Virus record (IMG/VR): IMGVR_UViG_3300036985_002667 | Span: 1-63,884 of that record | Source: a virus | Taxonomy: Duplodnaviria > Caudoviricetes | Length of the DNA stretch: 63,884 bases | Reading direction: 5' to 3' (one strand) | Shown: piece by piece, positions 36,092-45,713 of the stretch | How positions within the stretch are numbered: the stretch's first letter is position 1 | Layout of the letters: every line of letters begins with the position of its first letter | Translations under genes and position numbers: made by a program | Notes under the pieces: generated by a model | What the model was told of the DNA's origin: nothing | Seen by the model: the letters and a program-made list of their open reading frames with translations, nothing else | The model's database searches: none

Positions 36092-38572
36092 ATGGCAACA
36101 AACGTTGATAAGGCGCTGACCTCCGCCAACCCGCTGCTCGATAACGAGCCGTTCCAGCTTGAGCTCGACTTCGACCTCGAATCCCCCTCGACACAGACCC
36201 AGCTTGAAGACGGCTCCGTTGAAATCACCCTCAACCCATCCTCCAGCTCCGACACCGACGAAGACATCCCGTTTGATGCCAACTTGGCTGACTACCTCGA
36301 TGAGTCCGTTCTTGCCACGCTAGCGTCTGATCTAATCGACGAAGTCGAGACAGACATCCAGTCCAGAAAAGACTGGGTTGAGACGTATGTCAAAGGTATG
36401 GAAGTGCTGGGCTTGAAGTATGAAGAGCGGATGGAGCCGTGGGAGGACGCCTGTGGCGTGTACTCCGCCGTCTTGTCGGAAGCTGCCATTCGGTTCCAAG
36501 CTGAGACTATGCAGGAGACGTTCCCTGCCGCTGGCCCCGTGAAGACGCTGATCCTCGGTGAGTCTACGCCGGAGAAAGAGAAAGCTGCCGAGCGTGTGCG
36601 GGACGACATGAACTACCAGATCACGGAAGTGATGAGCGAGTATCGGACGGAGCACGAGCGGGCTCTGTTTAATCTGGCGCTGGCGGGTAGCGTGTTCAAG
36701 AAGGTCTACTTTGACCCTAACCTTGACCGGCAAGTTAGCATCACCGTGCCGGCTGAAGACATTATTGTGCCGTGGGGTGCCACTGACCTGAACACTGCTG
36801 AGCGCGTGACGCACATCCTGCGCAAGACCAAGCTGGAGATGCAGAAGTTGCAGGCATCCGAGTTTTATCGGGATGTGGATTTGGGCGAAGCGCGGTCGTA
36901 TCACACCGACCTTGAGAAGAAGAAGGCTGAGGACTCGGGCTTTACGATCACCGATGACAATCGGTATTCGCTGTTTGAGTGCCACGCGGACCTCGTCATT
37001 CCCGGGTTCGACGCCGCAGAAGACGAAGACAACTCCTCGCCCCTGCCGTCCCCGTACGTCGTAACGCTCGACCGTGGGTCACAGACTATCCTCTCTATCC
37101 GTCGTAACTGGGAGCCGCACCTGCCGTCGCCAGCACACCCCACGGGGACTGCGACACAACGGCCCACACCGACACCGCTCAAGCGCCAGCACTTCGTACA
37201 CTACCCGTACATTATCGGGTTTGGGTTCTACGGCCTCGGGCTGATCCACATCATCGGCGGGTACGCACGCGCAGGCACGTCTCTCATTCGTCAGCTGGTG
37301 GACGCAGGCACGCTGAACAACTTGCCGGGTGGCCTCAAGGCCCGTGGCATGCGTATCAAGGGCGACGACACGCCCATCGCACCGGGAGAGTTCCGGGACG
37401 TAGACATCCCCTCGGGGGCCATCCGCGACAACATCATGCCGCTGCCGTACAAGGAGCCGTCTCAAGTCCTGCTGGCCCTGCTGAACCAGATTACCGAAGA
37501 AGGCCGACGTTTAGGGGCTATCAGCGATCTTAATGTTAGCGATATGTCGGCTAACGCGCCCGTGGGCACGACGCTGGCGATTCTGGAGCGCACCCTCAAG
37601 CCGATGGCTGCGGTGCAGGCGCGCGTGCACTACGCCATGAAACAGGAGTTCAAGCTGCTGAAGGCGATCATTGCCGAGTATGCCCCGACGAGCTACGACT
37701 ACGAGCCCAGCCACGCTAACCGTAAGGCACGGCGCGAGGACTACGCGACGACTGAGGTGATCCCGGTCAGCGACCCGAACAGCTCGACGATGGCCCAGCG
37801 GGTTGTGCAGTATCAGGCGATCATGCAGATGGCGCAGGCTGCGCCTCAGATTTATGACTTGCCGTATCTGCACAGACAGATGATCGAGGTGCTGGGGGTA
37901 AAGAACGCCGACAAGATTCTGCCGATGCCCGAGGACCAGACGCCACGCGATCCGATCTCCGAGAACATGGCGGTGATGATTGGCAAGCCAGTCAAAGCGT
38001 TTATCTACCAAGACCACGATGCGCATATCTCCGCGCACATGACGTTCCTGCAAGACCCGATGATTGCCGCAACACTCGGTCAGAATCCGATGGCCCAGCA
38101 GATGCAGGCAGCCCTCATGGCGCACGTTGCAGAGCATCTGGGGTATAGCTATCGCAAGCAGATCGAGGAACAGCTTGGCGTGCCTCTGCCGCCCCCGGAT
38201 GCGCCCTTGCCGGAGGAGTTTGAGGTGCAGTTGTCGCGCCTCGTGGCGGATGCGTCCAAGCAGCTGGTGCAGATGCACCAGAGTCAGGCCGCCCAGCAGC
38301 AGGCTCAGCAGCAGGCTCAGGACCCGCTGTTGCAGATTCAGCAGCAGGAGTTGCAGGTCAAGCAGCAGGACATCCAGCGTAAGGCTCAGAAAGATGCGCT
38401 CGACGCCAAGCAAGCGGACCGTCGCCTGTCACTTGAGGAACAGCGCCTGACGCTGGACGCGCAGAAGAGTGGCGCTCAGTTGCAAGCACAGGACAAGCAG
38501 AATGCAGATCGTTTGAAGATGGACCTGATGAAGACCGTAGTGCAGCAGCAACGAAAACCCAAGGAGAAATAA
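36092..38572 (+). CDS. Portal protein (P22-like, Gln-rich barrel)
   Basis: 826 aa after terL; GS.FKKVY, GFYGLG, Q-rich C-terminal coiled coil. Confidence 0.85.
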   Translation: MATNVDKALTSANPLLDNEPFQLELDFDLESPSTQTQLEDGSVEITLNPSSSSDTDEDIPFDANLADYLDESVLATLASDLIDEVETDIQSRKDWVETYVKGMEVLGLKYEERMEPWEDACGVYSAVLSEAAIRFQAETMQETFPAAGPVKTLILGESTPEKEKAAERVRDDMNYQITEVMSEYRTEHERALFNLALAGSVFKKVYFDPNLDRQVSITVPAEDIIVPWGATDLNTAERVTHILRKTKLEMQKLQASEFYRDVDLGEARSYHTDLEKKKAEDSGFTITDDNRYSLFECHADLVIPGFDAAEDEDNSSPLPSPYVVTLDRGSQTILSIRRNWEPHLPSPAHPTGTATQRPTPTPLKRQHFVHYPYIIGFGFYGLGLIHIIGGYARAGTSLIRQLVDAGTLNNLPGGLKARGMRIKGDDTPIAPGEFRDVDIPSGAIRDNIMPLPYKEPSQVLLALLNQITEEGRRLGAISDLNVSDMSANAPVGTTLAILERTLKPMAAVQARVHYAMKQEFKLLKAIIAEYAPTSYDYEPSHANRKARREDYATTEVIPVSDPNSSTMAQRVVQYQAIMQMAQAAPQIYDLPYLHRQMIEVLGVKNADKILPMPEDQTPRDPISENMAVMIGKPVKAFIYQDHDAHISAHMTFLQDPMIAATLGQNPMAQQMQAALMAHVAEHLGYSYRKQIEEQLGVPLPPPDAPLPEEFEVQLSRLVADASKQLVQMHQSQAAQQQAQQQAQDPLLQIQQQELQVKQQDIQRKAQKDALDAKQADRRLSLEEQRLTLDAQKSGAQLQAQDKQNADRLKMDLMKTVVQQQRKPKEK

Positions 38573-38770
38573 TTGGCGAAGACAGTGTTTGAAGCCCTTC
38601 GGAGCAATCTGGAGGGTGAGAGTGTGCGGATAAGTAATCACCTCGCTGAAGGCAAGGCGGGGGATTACGCGACGTATAAGGAGCTGTGTGGGGTCGTCCG
38701 AGGGCTGACCCATGCAGTAGCAGCGATTACAGACCTTGAGCAGAACTACTTGGAACGAGATGATGACTGA
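38573..38770 (+). CDS. Small head-module protein
   Basis: AAGGAG SD plus TTG; Y..L.G..RGL motif. Confidence 0.6.
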   Translation: MAKTVFEALRSNLEGESVRISNHLAEGKAGDYATYKELCGVVRGLTHAVAAITDLEQNYLERDDD

Positions 38771-39128
38771 GCCCGTATTCACTGAAGAAGAACTGGAAGC
38801 GCAACTGCCCAAGCCGGTTGGCTACATGTTGCTGATCGCCCTGCCCAAGATCGACGAGACGTATGAGTCTGGCATCGTCAAAGATGCCAAGACTGTGCAT
38901 TACGAGAAGGTGCTGTCGACCATCGGGCTGGTGCTGGACATGGGCTCGCAGGCATACAAAGACCCTGAGCGGTTCCCGCATGGGCCGTGGTGTTCCGCCG
39001 GTGAGTATGTGATGTTCCGCAGCAACAGCGGCACGCGGTTCACATTCCGAGGGGTGGAGTATCGCCTCATGTCTGATGACAGCATCGAGGCTGTTGTTGC
39101 TGATCCCCGTGGCATTAGCCGCCCGTAA
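38760..39128 (+). CDS. GroES-like co-chaperonin
   Basis: P.GY.LL...SGI...G.VL.MG...GPWC..G.YV.F....G......EYRL..DD.I.AV. Confidence 0.75.
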   Translation: MMTEPVFTEEELEAQLPKPVGYMLLIALPKIDETYESGIVKDAKTVHYEKVLSTIGLVLDMGSQAYKDPERFPHGPWCSAGEYVMFRSNSGTRFTFRGVEYRLMSDDSIEAVVADPRGISRP

Positions 39129-39137
39129 GGAGGGTAT

Positions 39138-40088
39138 ATGGAAAAGTTTGAATTTGAATTTCCCGATCCCGACAAGGGAGAGGCCAAGGATAAAGCCCCC
39201 GCCGCTGAAGCAGACGACAATGGGTTCGAAGTCGAAGTAGTCGACGATACGCCGGCGAAAGATCGCGGGCGCAAGCCTGCTGAGCCGCCGACAGATGTGA
39301 CCGACGATGAGCTGGAAGGCTATTCGGACAAGGTCAAGAAGCGTATTCAGCACTTTACGCGGGGCTATCACGACGAGCGTCGGGCGAAAGAATCCGCCTT
39401 GCGCGAACGTGAGGAAGCCCTGAAGCTGGCGCAGTCGATTATCGAAGAGAATAAAAAGCTCAAAAGTACCGTTAATCAGAACCAAGAAGCCCTTCTTGAA
39501 CAAGCCAAACGCTCAGCTGACATCGAGCTGGCTCAAGCCAAGGCACAGTTTCGTGCGGCCTACGAAGAAGGCGACCCCGATAAGGTAACTGCCGCTCAGG
39601 AAAGCATGACATCCGCCAAGCTTAAAGCGGATCGAGTGGCTAACTTCCGGCTGCCGACTTTACAAGAGGAAGAATCTCCTGTAGAAATTCGGAATAACGC
39701 TCCAGTACAACAGACGCAACCTAAGTTAGACCCGCGAGTCGCTGCATGGCAACAAGACAATTCGTGGTTCGGGGCTGACGATGAGATGACGAGTTTTGCG
39801 CTGGGGCTGCATCAGAAGCTTATCAAGCAGGGTGTCGACCCTCAATCCGACGACTACTACGACGCTATCAACCGTCGTATGCGCCAAGTGTTCCCCGATC
39901 AGTTCGAGGAATCTGAACCAGACGAGAAACCACGCCGTAAACCGGTGGTGGCTCCTGCGACCCGCACTGCCGCACCCCGAAAAATCGTACTGACAACATC
40001 GCAACAGGCTATTGCCAAACGGCTTGGTCTAACTTTGGAGCAGTACGCTCGACAGGTTGCTGAAGACATGAGGAAACAAAATGGCTGA
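39138..40088 (+). CDS. Scaffold protein (putative)
   Basis: Acidic coiled coil; C-terminal LT..Q..IAKRLGLTLEQYA. Confidence 0.7.
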   Translation: MEKFEFEFPDPDKGEAKDKAPAAEADDNGFEVEVVDDTPAKDRGRKPAEPPTDVTDDELEGYSDKVKKRIQHFTRGYHDERRAKESALREREEALKLAQSIIEENKKLKSTVNQNQEALLEQAKRSADIELAQAKAQFRAAYEEGDPDKVTAAQESMTSAKLKADRVANFRLPTLQEEESPVEIRNNAPVQQTQPKLDPRVAAWQQDNSWFGADDEMTSFALGLHQKLIKQGVDPQSDDYYDAINRRMRQVFPDQFEESEPDEKPRRKPVVAPATRTAAPRKIVLTTSQQAIAKRLGLTLEQYARQVAEDMRKQNG

Positions 40089-40515
40089 GAACAGAACTTC
40101 ACGTGATGCGGCAATTCGTAAACGCCGCTGGGCACCCGCTTCCCTGCTGCCTGATCCTAATCCCGAACCGGGATATGTGTTTCGCTGGGTACGTATGTCC
40201 ACGATGAATCAAGCTGATCCCATGAACGTTTCTTCCAAACTTCGTGAAGGTTGGGAACCGGTTAAGGCGTCGGCTCACCCCGAGATTCAGCTGGCTGCTA
40301 TCGAAAACGATAAGCACCGCGACAATATCGTGATTGGTGGCTTGATGCTCTGCAAAATCCCCACTGAGATGGCTGAAGACCGTGATGCGTACTATCGCAC
40401 GCAAGCGGAAAATCAGATGCATGCAGTTGATAACACTTTTATGCGCGAGAATGATCCTCGGATGCCTCTGTTCGCAGAGAAAAAATCCAAGGTCACTTTC
40501 GGTAACGGAACCTAA
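40081..40515 (+). CDS. Conserved head-module protein
   Basis: GY..RWVR...EGWEPV...GGLMLCKIP. Confidence 0.65.
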   Translation: MAENRTSRDAAIRKRRWAPASLLPDPNPEPGYVFRWVRMSTMNQADPMNVSSKLREGWEPVKASAHPEIQLAAIENDKHRDNIVIGGLMLCKIPTEMAEDRDAYYRTQAENQMHAVDNTFMRENDPRMPLFAEKKSKVTFGNGT

Positions 40516-40527
40516 TAGGAGCTACAC

Positions 40528-41190
40528 ATGGCGTCTACGCTTTCTCCTTATGGCCTGCGTCCGATCCAGTTGGTCGGCGGTCAGGTCTTCGCGGGTCAAT
40601 TCCGCGAATACAAATTCTCGGTTAACACAGCCGCCGCGATCTTCGCTGGCGATGTGATCGCTCTTGCCAGCACTGGCGAACCGGCTTCCATCACTACAAC
40701 TCCAGTTGGTATCAAGATTCCGGCTACGTCTGCTGACGCAACTGCCGGTATTGTTGGTGTGTGCGTTGGCGTTCGCTACGTTACCCCCAATCTGAACCAG
40801 CAACAGTTCGCCCAGTACCTGCCCGCCAACGCGGTCACAGCTGGCTACACTGACATTTTTGTTCGCGTGGTTGATGATCCTGATGCACTGTTCCAGATTC
40901 AAGGCACAGCCGCTCTGGGCACATTCAACAGCGGCACCAACGGCTCCGGCTGGTCTGGCGCTATCGGCAAGAACGCCGCCCTTGGTTTTGTCACTCCGGG
41001 CAACACCCGCACAGGCAATTCCGGCGTCAACCTGATTGTCGGCTCCAACGGTGCCGGTCTGGTGACTACCGCTGCTACCGCAATGCGCGTTGTTGATGTT
41101 GTGCGCGGCACTGAATCTGATCTGTACCCCGAGTTTGTGGTCAAGTTCAATCAGGGCGTGCACTCTTACTACAACTCGCTCGGCGTCTAA
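40528..41190 (+). CDS. Capsid-associated/decoration protein
   Basis: PYGLRP..., V.DDPD..F; directly before the major capsid gene. Confidence 0.65.
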   Translation: MASTLSPYGLRPIQLVGGQVFAGQFREYKFSVNTAAAIFAGDVIALASTGEPASITTTPVGIKIPATSADATAGIVGVCVGVRYVTPNLNQQQFAQYLPANAVTAGYTDIFVRVVDDPDALFQIQGTAALGTFNSGTNGSGWSGAIGKNAALGFVTPGNTRTGNSGVNLIVGSNGAGLVTTAATAMRVVDVVRGTESDLYPEFVVKFNQGVHSYYNSLGV

Positions 41191-41202
41191 GGAGACTGAA
41201 GC

Positions 41203-42114
41203 ATGGCTATTTCACGTTCACAGCTACTCAAAGAACTTCTCCCGGGCCTGAATGCGTTGTTCGGTCTGGAGTACAAGCGCTACGGCGAAGAGCACAAGGA
41301 AATCTACGAAATCGAGACTTCCGAGCGTTCGTTTGAAGAAGAAACCAAGCTGTCTGGTTTCGGTCAAGCGCCGGTCAAAAACGAAGGTTCCGCAATTGTG
41401 TACGACAATGCCCAAGAAGCTTGGACGGCGCGTTACACACACGAGACCATCGCCCTTGGTTTCTCGATCACTGAAGAAGCGATTGAAGATAACTTGTACG
41501 ACAGCCTGTCTGCTCGTTACACCAAGGCTCTGGCCCGTGGTATGGCCTACACCAAGCAAGTCAAAGCCGCTGCGATTCTGAACAACGGCTTTACTGGTGG
41601 CCCGACCTACGGCGACGGCAAGACTCTGTTTGCCACAGACCACCCGCTGGTCAATGGCGCAACAAACAGCAACCGCCCGACCACTGGCGCTGACCTGAAC
41701 GAGACTTCCTTGGAAGCCGCCGTTATTCAGATCGCCGCTTGGACAGACGAGCGTGGCCTGCTGATCGCTGCCAAGCCCCGTAAGTTGATTGTTCCGCCCG
41801 CACTGATGTTCGTTGCAACTCGCCTGCTCGAAACAGAGCTGCGTGTCAGCACAACTGACAACGACATCAACGCGCTGAAGAACAACGGCTCGATCCCCGA
41901 AGGTTACGCAGTCAACCACTACTTGACCGACGTTAACGGCTGGTTCCTGCTGACCGACGTGCCTAACGGTATGAAGCACTTTGTTCGTACCGCGATGCAA
42001 ACCGGAATGGATGGAGACTTTGAGACGGGCAATACCCGTTACAAGGCCCGCGAACGTTATTCCTTTGGGGTCAGCGATCCGTTGGGCGTGTTTGGTTCGC
42101 CCGGCGCGGCTTGA
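41203..42114 (+). CDS. Major capsid protein
   Basis: AISRSQLLKELLPGLNALFG...K.RERYSFG.SD; strong codon bias; followed by terminator. Confidence 0.9.
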   Translation: MAISRSQLLKELLPGLNALFGLEYKRYGEEHKEIYEIETSERSFEEETKLSGFGQAPVKNEGSAIVYDNAQEAWTARYTHETIALGFSITEEAIEDNLYDSLSARYTKALARGMAYTKQVKAAAILNNGFTGGPTYGDGKTLFATDHPLVNGATNSNRPTTGADLNETSLEAAVIQIAAWTDERGLLIAAKPRKLIVPPALMFVATRLLETELRVSTTDNDINALKNNGSIPEGYAVNHYLTDVNGWFLLTDVPNGMKHFVRTAMQTGMDGDFETGNTRYKARERYSFGVSDPLGVFGSPGAA

Positions 42115-42135
42115 TAAGTAGTTGATTTGTAGCAG

Positions 42136-42159
42136 AAAAGGGGCTTCGGCCCCTTTTTT
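42136..42159 (+). terminator. Rho-independent terminator
   Basis: AAAAGGGGC-TTCG-GCCCCTTTTTT. Confidence 0.9.
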
Positions 42160-42190
42160 GTTGATATGCGCGATACAAAGCTAGAGACCC

Positions 42191-42220
42191 TTGACAAGTC
42201 TTAGGCTGGTTAGCTATATT
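42191..42220 (+). promoter_or_regulatory. sigma70 promoter of GIY-YIG gene
   Basis: TTGACA-18-TATATT. Confidence 0.6.
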
Positions 42221-42247
42221 TCGATTGTTACCAGAAAGGAGCTAGCT

Positions 42248-43180
42248 ATGGCCGTCATATATCGCATCACCAACATGACAACAAGGGACTACTACATCGG
42301 CAGTGCGGAGTCTTTTGCCCGCAGGGAGTGGCAACACAAATATGATTTGCGGCGTGGGGCGCATAAAAATCCCCGACTTCAAGCCGCGTGGAACAAGTAC
42401 GGGGAAGAAATGTTTGTGTTTGAAATAATTGAAGATGTGCCGGAAGGCCGCAGTGCTTTTGATATTGAGAACACCTACTTGTATAAATGCGTCGGACAAT
42501 CCGATTGCTACAACATCAACACCGACGCAGTAGGAATGCGTACGGGCATTAAAATGACTGAAGAAACTAAAGCCAAACTAAGTGCGAGCCGAAAAGGAAA
42601 ACATGCGGGCGTCGCACATTACCGTTACGGCAAAACTCTTTCTGAGGAACTTAAAGCAAAAATCAGTGCCGCCCAGAAAGGCAGACCAAACCCCCGCAAG
42701 GGGCAGCTTATGTCAGAACAAGGCCGGATCAATGTATCTGCGGCGGTAAAGCGGGGGGAAGAGTCGCATTTTTATGGCAAACGACCTGTCAATGCGGATG
42801 ACTTTCAAAGACCAATCGTGGCACGGTTGCCTGATTGCACGATGCAGGAGTTTTCCAGCCTTACGTACATGCGCGATACGTTCGGCGTATCCATCGCAAC
42901 GATCATTCGGGCATGCAAAACGGGAAACCCCATCCGACAAGGAGCGATTGCGGGGTGGGTGTTAGCGTATAAAGGGGAAGAGCTGATTGCACCAGTAATC
43001 CCTGAAGAATTTGCATCATTACCGCGTAGCAGGTCGCAAGCCAAAACCGAAGGCGCAAAACAATATTTCACAGGCATTCCATGCGAGCGAGGGCATATAT
43101 TTCCTCGCGCTACTAAGGGTACGTGCATTCTTTGCCGCAGGGAGGATGATGCCGTAGCTCGCAAGAAAAAGCTTGCTTGA
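42248..43180 (+). CDS. Free-standing GIY-YIG homing endonuclease with NUMOD3-like repeats
   Basis: VIYRITN....YYIGSA; R..H, E, YN; TEETKAKLS and SEELKAKIS repeats; AAGGAG SD before ATG 42248; lower GC. Confidence 0.9.
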   Translation: MAVIYRITNMTTRDYYIGSAESFARREWQHKYDLRRGAHKNPRLQAAWNKYGEEMFVFEIIEDVPEGRSAFDIENTYLYKCVGQSDCYNINTDAVGMRTGIKMTEETKAKLSASRKGKHAGVAHYRYGKTLSEELKAKISAAQKGRPNPRKGQLMSEQGRINVSAAVKRGEESHFYGKRPVNADDFQRPIVARLPDCTMQEFSSLTYMRDTFGVSIATIIRACKTGNPIRQGAIAGWVLAYKGEELIAPVIPEEFASLPRSRSQAKTEGAKQYFTGIPCERGHIFPRATKGTCILCRREDDAVARKKKLA

Positions 43181-43205
43181 CCCCCACCACCCTACGTGTT
43201 AAAAC
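43177..43205 (+). promoter_or_regulatory. Possible promoter overlapping GIY-YIG stop
   Basis: TTGACC-17-TAAAAC with TGn; -10 flanked by CCTACG/CGTAGG inverted repeat. Confidence 0.4.
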
Positions 43206-43213
43206 GTAGGTAT

Positions 43214-43290
43214 TCCGGGGCTTACCCCGGTATGCGCGACGTCCCCGGACGATGACATGCAAACGCCCATACCGAACTCGCATGTGAGGA
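43214..43290 (+). ncRNA. Structured leader with kissing-loop/pseudoknot
   Basis: TCCGGGG/CCCCGGA and ACATGC/GCATGT hairpins; their loops are complementary at 10 of 11 positions. Confidence 0.55.
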
Positions 43291-43294
43291 CAAT

Positions 43295-43771
43295 ATGAGC
43301 TTTTCTACATTTTCCGGCCCCGTCCGTGTTGGCACCGTGCGCGAAGGCGCTGGCCGCAACACTGGCTTGGTTGTACTGACGCAAGCCTACGATTCTGGCG
43401 ATCTGACGGGTACTACTACCGGCACGCTGGACATCAACTCGGGCATCATCCTGCCGCAAGGCGCGCAAATCATCAATATCGTGATTGACCAAGTGGTCGC
43501 TTCGACCACTGGCACGACTACGGTTTCCGTTGGCAATGCCTCCGGTGGCGCACAACTCTCCGCCGCTGTTGCTACAACGGCGGGTGGCCGTTTCACAGGC
43601 GTCACTACTGCCGCTACTCAGCTGGCATGGCAGACATCCACCACAGCGGACACAACCGTGTGGATTCGGAACGTCACTGGCACTGCCACATTGGGCTCGG
43701 GCCGCTTCATTGTTACTGTGAATTACGCTCAGCGTGCGCCTAACGGCACTGCTAACCCTGTTAGCGCTTAA
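43295..43771 (+). CDS. Virion structural (decoration/spike-like) protein
   Basis: STFSGPVR N-terminus; LPQGAQI..I; Thr/Gly-rich beta protein. Confidence 0.7.
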   Translation: MSFSTFSGPVRVGTVREGAGRNTGLVVLTQAYDSGDLTGTTTGTLDINSGIILPQGAQIINIVIDQVVASTTGTTTVSVGNASGGAQLSAAVATTAGGRFTGVTTAATQLAWQTSTTADTTVWIRNVTGTATLGSGRFIVTVNYAQRAPNGTANPVSA

Positions 43772-43784
43772 TTAGGAGCGCATC

Positions 43785-44066
43785 ATGGGGATGCAAACTG
43801 ACGTAAAAGCCGCACACGCGGAAGCTACCGGATCGATGGTATCGGGCCGAACTCGGTTAAAGGGCTATCAATGCCTTTCAGGCGGGACGGCTGGCGATAT
43901 TGTTTTTACCGACGGCAACGGCGGCGCGGAACTACTGCGTTTCAACATACCGGCCAACACCAACAACCCCTTTGCCAATTTGATTCCGGGCGAAGGCATT
44001 TTGGCGACAACGGGTATTTATGTGACGCTGCCGACCGCCGCAAAAGTTACGGTGTTTTATGGCTAA
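43785..44066 (+). CDS. Small virion structural protein
   Basis: IPGEGI...GIY......TVFYG. Confidence 0.7.
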   Translation: MGMQTDVKAAHAEATGSMVSGRTRLKGYQCLSGGTAGDIVFTDGNGGAELLRFNIPANTNNPFANLIPGEGILATTGIYVTLPTAAKVTVFYG

Positions 44067-44331
44067 GAAGGCTGTGTCATTGGCGGTAGGGCGAGGAGAA
44101 AAGCTCCCGGTATCTCAGGGAGCGGGCCTTACCGCCAAAGGCCGTGCGCGGTACAACGCGGCTACAGGGTCAAACCTGAAAGCGCCTGCGCCTAGCCCGA
44201 AAACCAAAGCTGATGCTGGCCGTAAGAAATCGTTCTGCGCCCGTATGAGCGGTATGCCCGGCCCGATGACGGATGAAAAAGGGCGTCCTACTCGTAAGGC
44301 TGCTAGTCTTAAACGGTGGGGCTGTAAATGA
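44059..44331 (+). CDS. Small basic protein (RKKSFCARM...W.C family)
   Basis: Conserved motif; overlapping start. Confidence 0.75.
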   Translation: MAKKAVSLAVGRGEKLPVSQGAGLTAKGRARYNAATGSNLKAPAPSPKTKADAGRKKSFCARMSGMPGPMTDEKGRPTRKAASLKRWGCK

Positions 44332-44522
44332 GCGAAGCAACAAGCGAGACTGTAAAACATGCAGTGGATGCCTTATCAATCGTTACAGTCGTTGGGACGC
44401 TGGTGAACATGCTGCCCTCCATCGCAGCGGTATTCACAATCGTGTGGACAGCGATTCGCATCTACGAGACGGATACCGTGCAAGGCTGGTTTGGCAAAAA
44501 GGGAAGCGGCGATGCCGAGTAG
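44328..44522 (+). CDS. Small membrane protein (holin-like)
   Basis: Two hydrophobic segments, 64 aa. Confidence 0.55.
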   Translation: MSEATSETVKHAVDALSIVTVVGTLVNMLPSIAAVFTIVWTAIRIYETDTVQGWFGKKGSGDAE

Positions 44523-44868
44523 TTCCAAAAAACAGGCGGACTTCATGCGCGCTGTCGCGCATAGCCCCAAGTTTGCCAAGAAGGTCGGCGTTCCTGTATC
44601 GGTGGGTAAAGATTTCTCTGCGGCTGACAAAGGCCGTCAATTTAAAGAGGGTGGCGAAATGGCTAAAGAATCTAAAGCAATGGTTAAGAAAGAAATGGCC
44701 TTCATGAAGGCCAAAGGCGCTCCCAAGGCCATGATTAAGCATGAAAAAGCGGAAGCCAAGGGCATGAAGACGGGCGGCGCTTGCTACGCCAAAGGCGGCG
44801 GCATTGAGTCCAAGGGCAAGACCAAGGGCAAGATCGTTAAGATGGCCGCTGGCGGCAAGTGCAAATAA
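44512..44868 (+). CDS. Small Lys-rich protein with four [FYM][AK]xGG motifs
   Basis: MPSSSKKQ start; FKEGG, MKTGG, YAKGG, MAAGG. Confidence 0.7.
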   Translation: MPSSSKKQADFMRAVAHSPKFAKKVGVPVSVGKDFSAADKGRQFKEGGEMAKESKAMVKKEMAFMKAKGAPKAMIKHEKAEAKGMKTGGACYAKGGGIESKGKTKGKIVKMAAGGKCK

Positions 44869-44878
44869 GGGGAATGTG

Positions 44879-45466
44879 ATGGCTGCTACTGAAGATGATG
44901 TGCCAGAAGGCGGTAAGTTTGAACCTGAAACCTATGCTAAAGCGCGGGCACAAGCTTCTACACCCAGTACCTTTGGCCAAGCTTTCAAAAAAGCTAGGGC
45001 TGATGGCGATAGCACATTTACTTGGCAAGGTAAAAAGTACACCACTGAAATGGCTTCTGCCAAAAAACCGGCATCTCGTAATGAAAATTACGGCAATGAA
45101 GGGCGCGGAGCTAGTACCGCTAAACCTTATTCCGGCACAAAAACTGTTTCGAAGTTGGATAATCCGGAGCCCGGGCTGGAAGAATCTGGCCCCTTGGAAA
45201 GCCTGCTGGGCCCGGTAAAAGTTGCCGGTGGGGCAGCAGCTGCGGGTGTCGCCGCACTTAAAGCGGCTCGTGCAGCCAGAGCCGCCCGTGCGGGTAAATC
45301 CACTACGGACTTTTCTGCTCGTCGCGCATCTCCGCGCAATACTGCGGAAGAAACGATGGCGGGTGAAGGCGGCCCTAATTTCAAACGGGGCGGCAAAGTT
45401 AGCTCCGCGTCCAAACGGGCTGACGGCTGCGCTACAAAGGGCAAGACCAAGGGTAGGGTCTGCTAA
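44879..45466 (+). CDS. Basic virion-associated protein (F.QAFKKAR..G..TFTWQGKKYTT domain; FKRGG)
   Basis: AAGGGG SD before ATG 44879. Confidence 0.65.
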   Translation: MAATEDDVPEGGKFEPETYAKARAQASTPSTFGQAFKKARADGDSTFTWQGKKYTTEMASAKKPASRNENYGNEGRGASTAKPYSGTKTVSKLDNPEPGLEESGPLESLLGPVKVAGGAAAAGVAALKAARAARAARAGKSTTDFSARRASPRNTAEETMAGEGGPNFKRGGKVSSASKRADGCATKGKTKGRVC

Positions 45467-45711
45467 TGCGTCCAAGTCGCGGAATGGGGGCAATTAACCC
45501 TGCCAAACAACCCAAACCGAAGCGGGTGGTCAAGCGTAAAGACCGCCCGCAAGACGTGGACGTGTACGCCGAAGGCGGGCTGTACGAGAACATTAACGCT
45601 AAGCAGAAACGAATCGCCGCAGGATCGGGTGAGAAGATGCGCAAGCCGGGGGCTCCCGGCGCACCGACGGCAGCAGCATTTAAGGCTTCGGCTAAAACGG
45701 CAAAGAGGTAA
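45466..45711 (+). CDS. Small basic protein (YAEGG-LY.NI.AK)
   Basis: TAATG coupling. Confidence 0.7.
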   Translation: MRPSRGMGAINPAKQPKPKRVVKRKDRPQDVDVYAEGGLYENINAKQKRIAAGSGEKMRKPGAPGAPTAAAFKASAKTAKR

Positions 45712-45713
45712 GC

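Noticed and set aside
42191-42247. TTG start for GIY-YIG
   Set aside because: The TTG is the -35 box; an SD precedes ATG 42248.
42115-43294. Group I intron around the GIY-YIG gene
   Set aside because: The capsid gene ends intact with a terminator, the next gene has its own start, and there is no room for an intron core.
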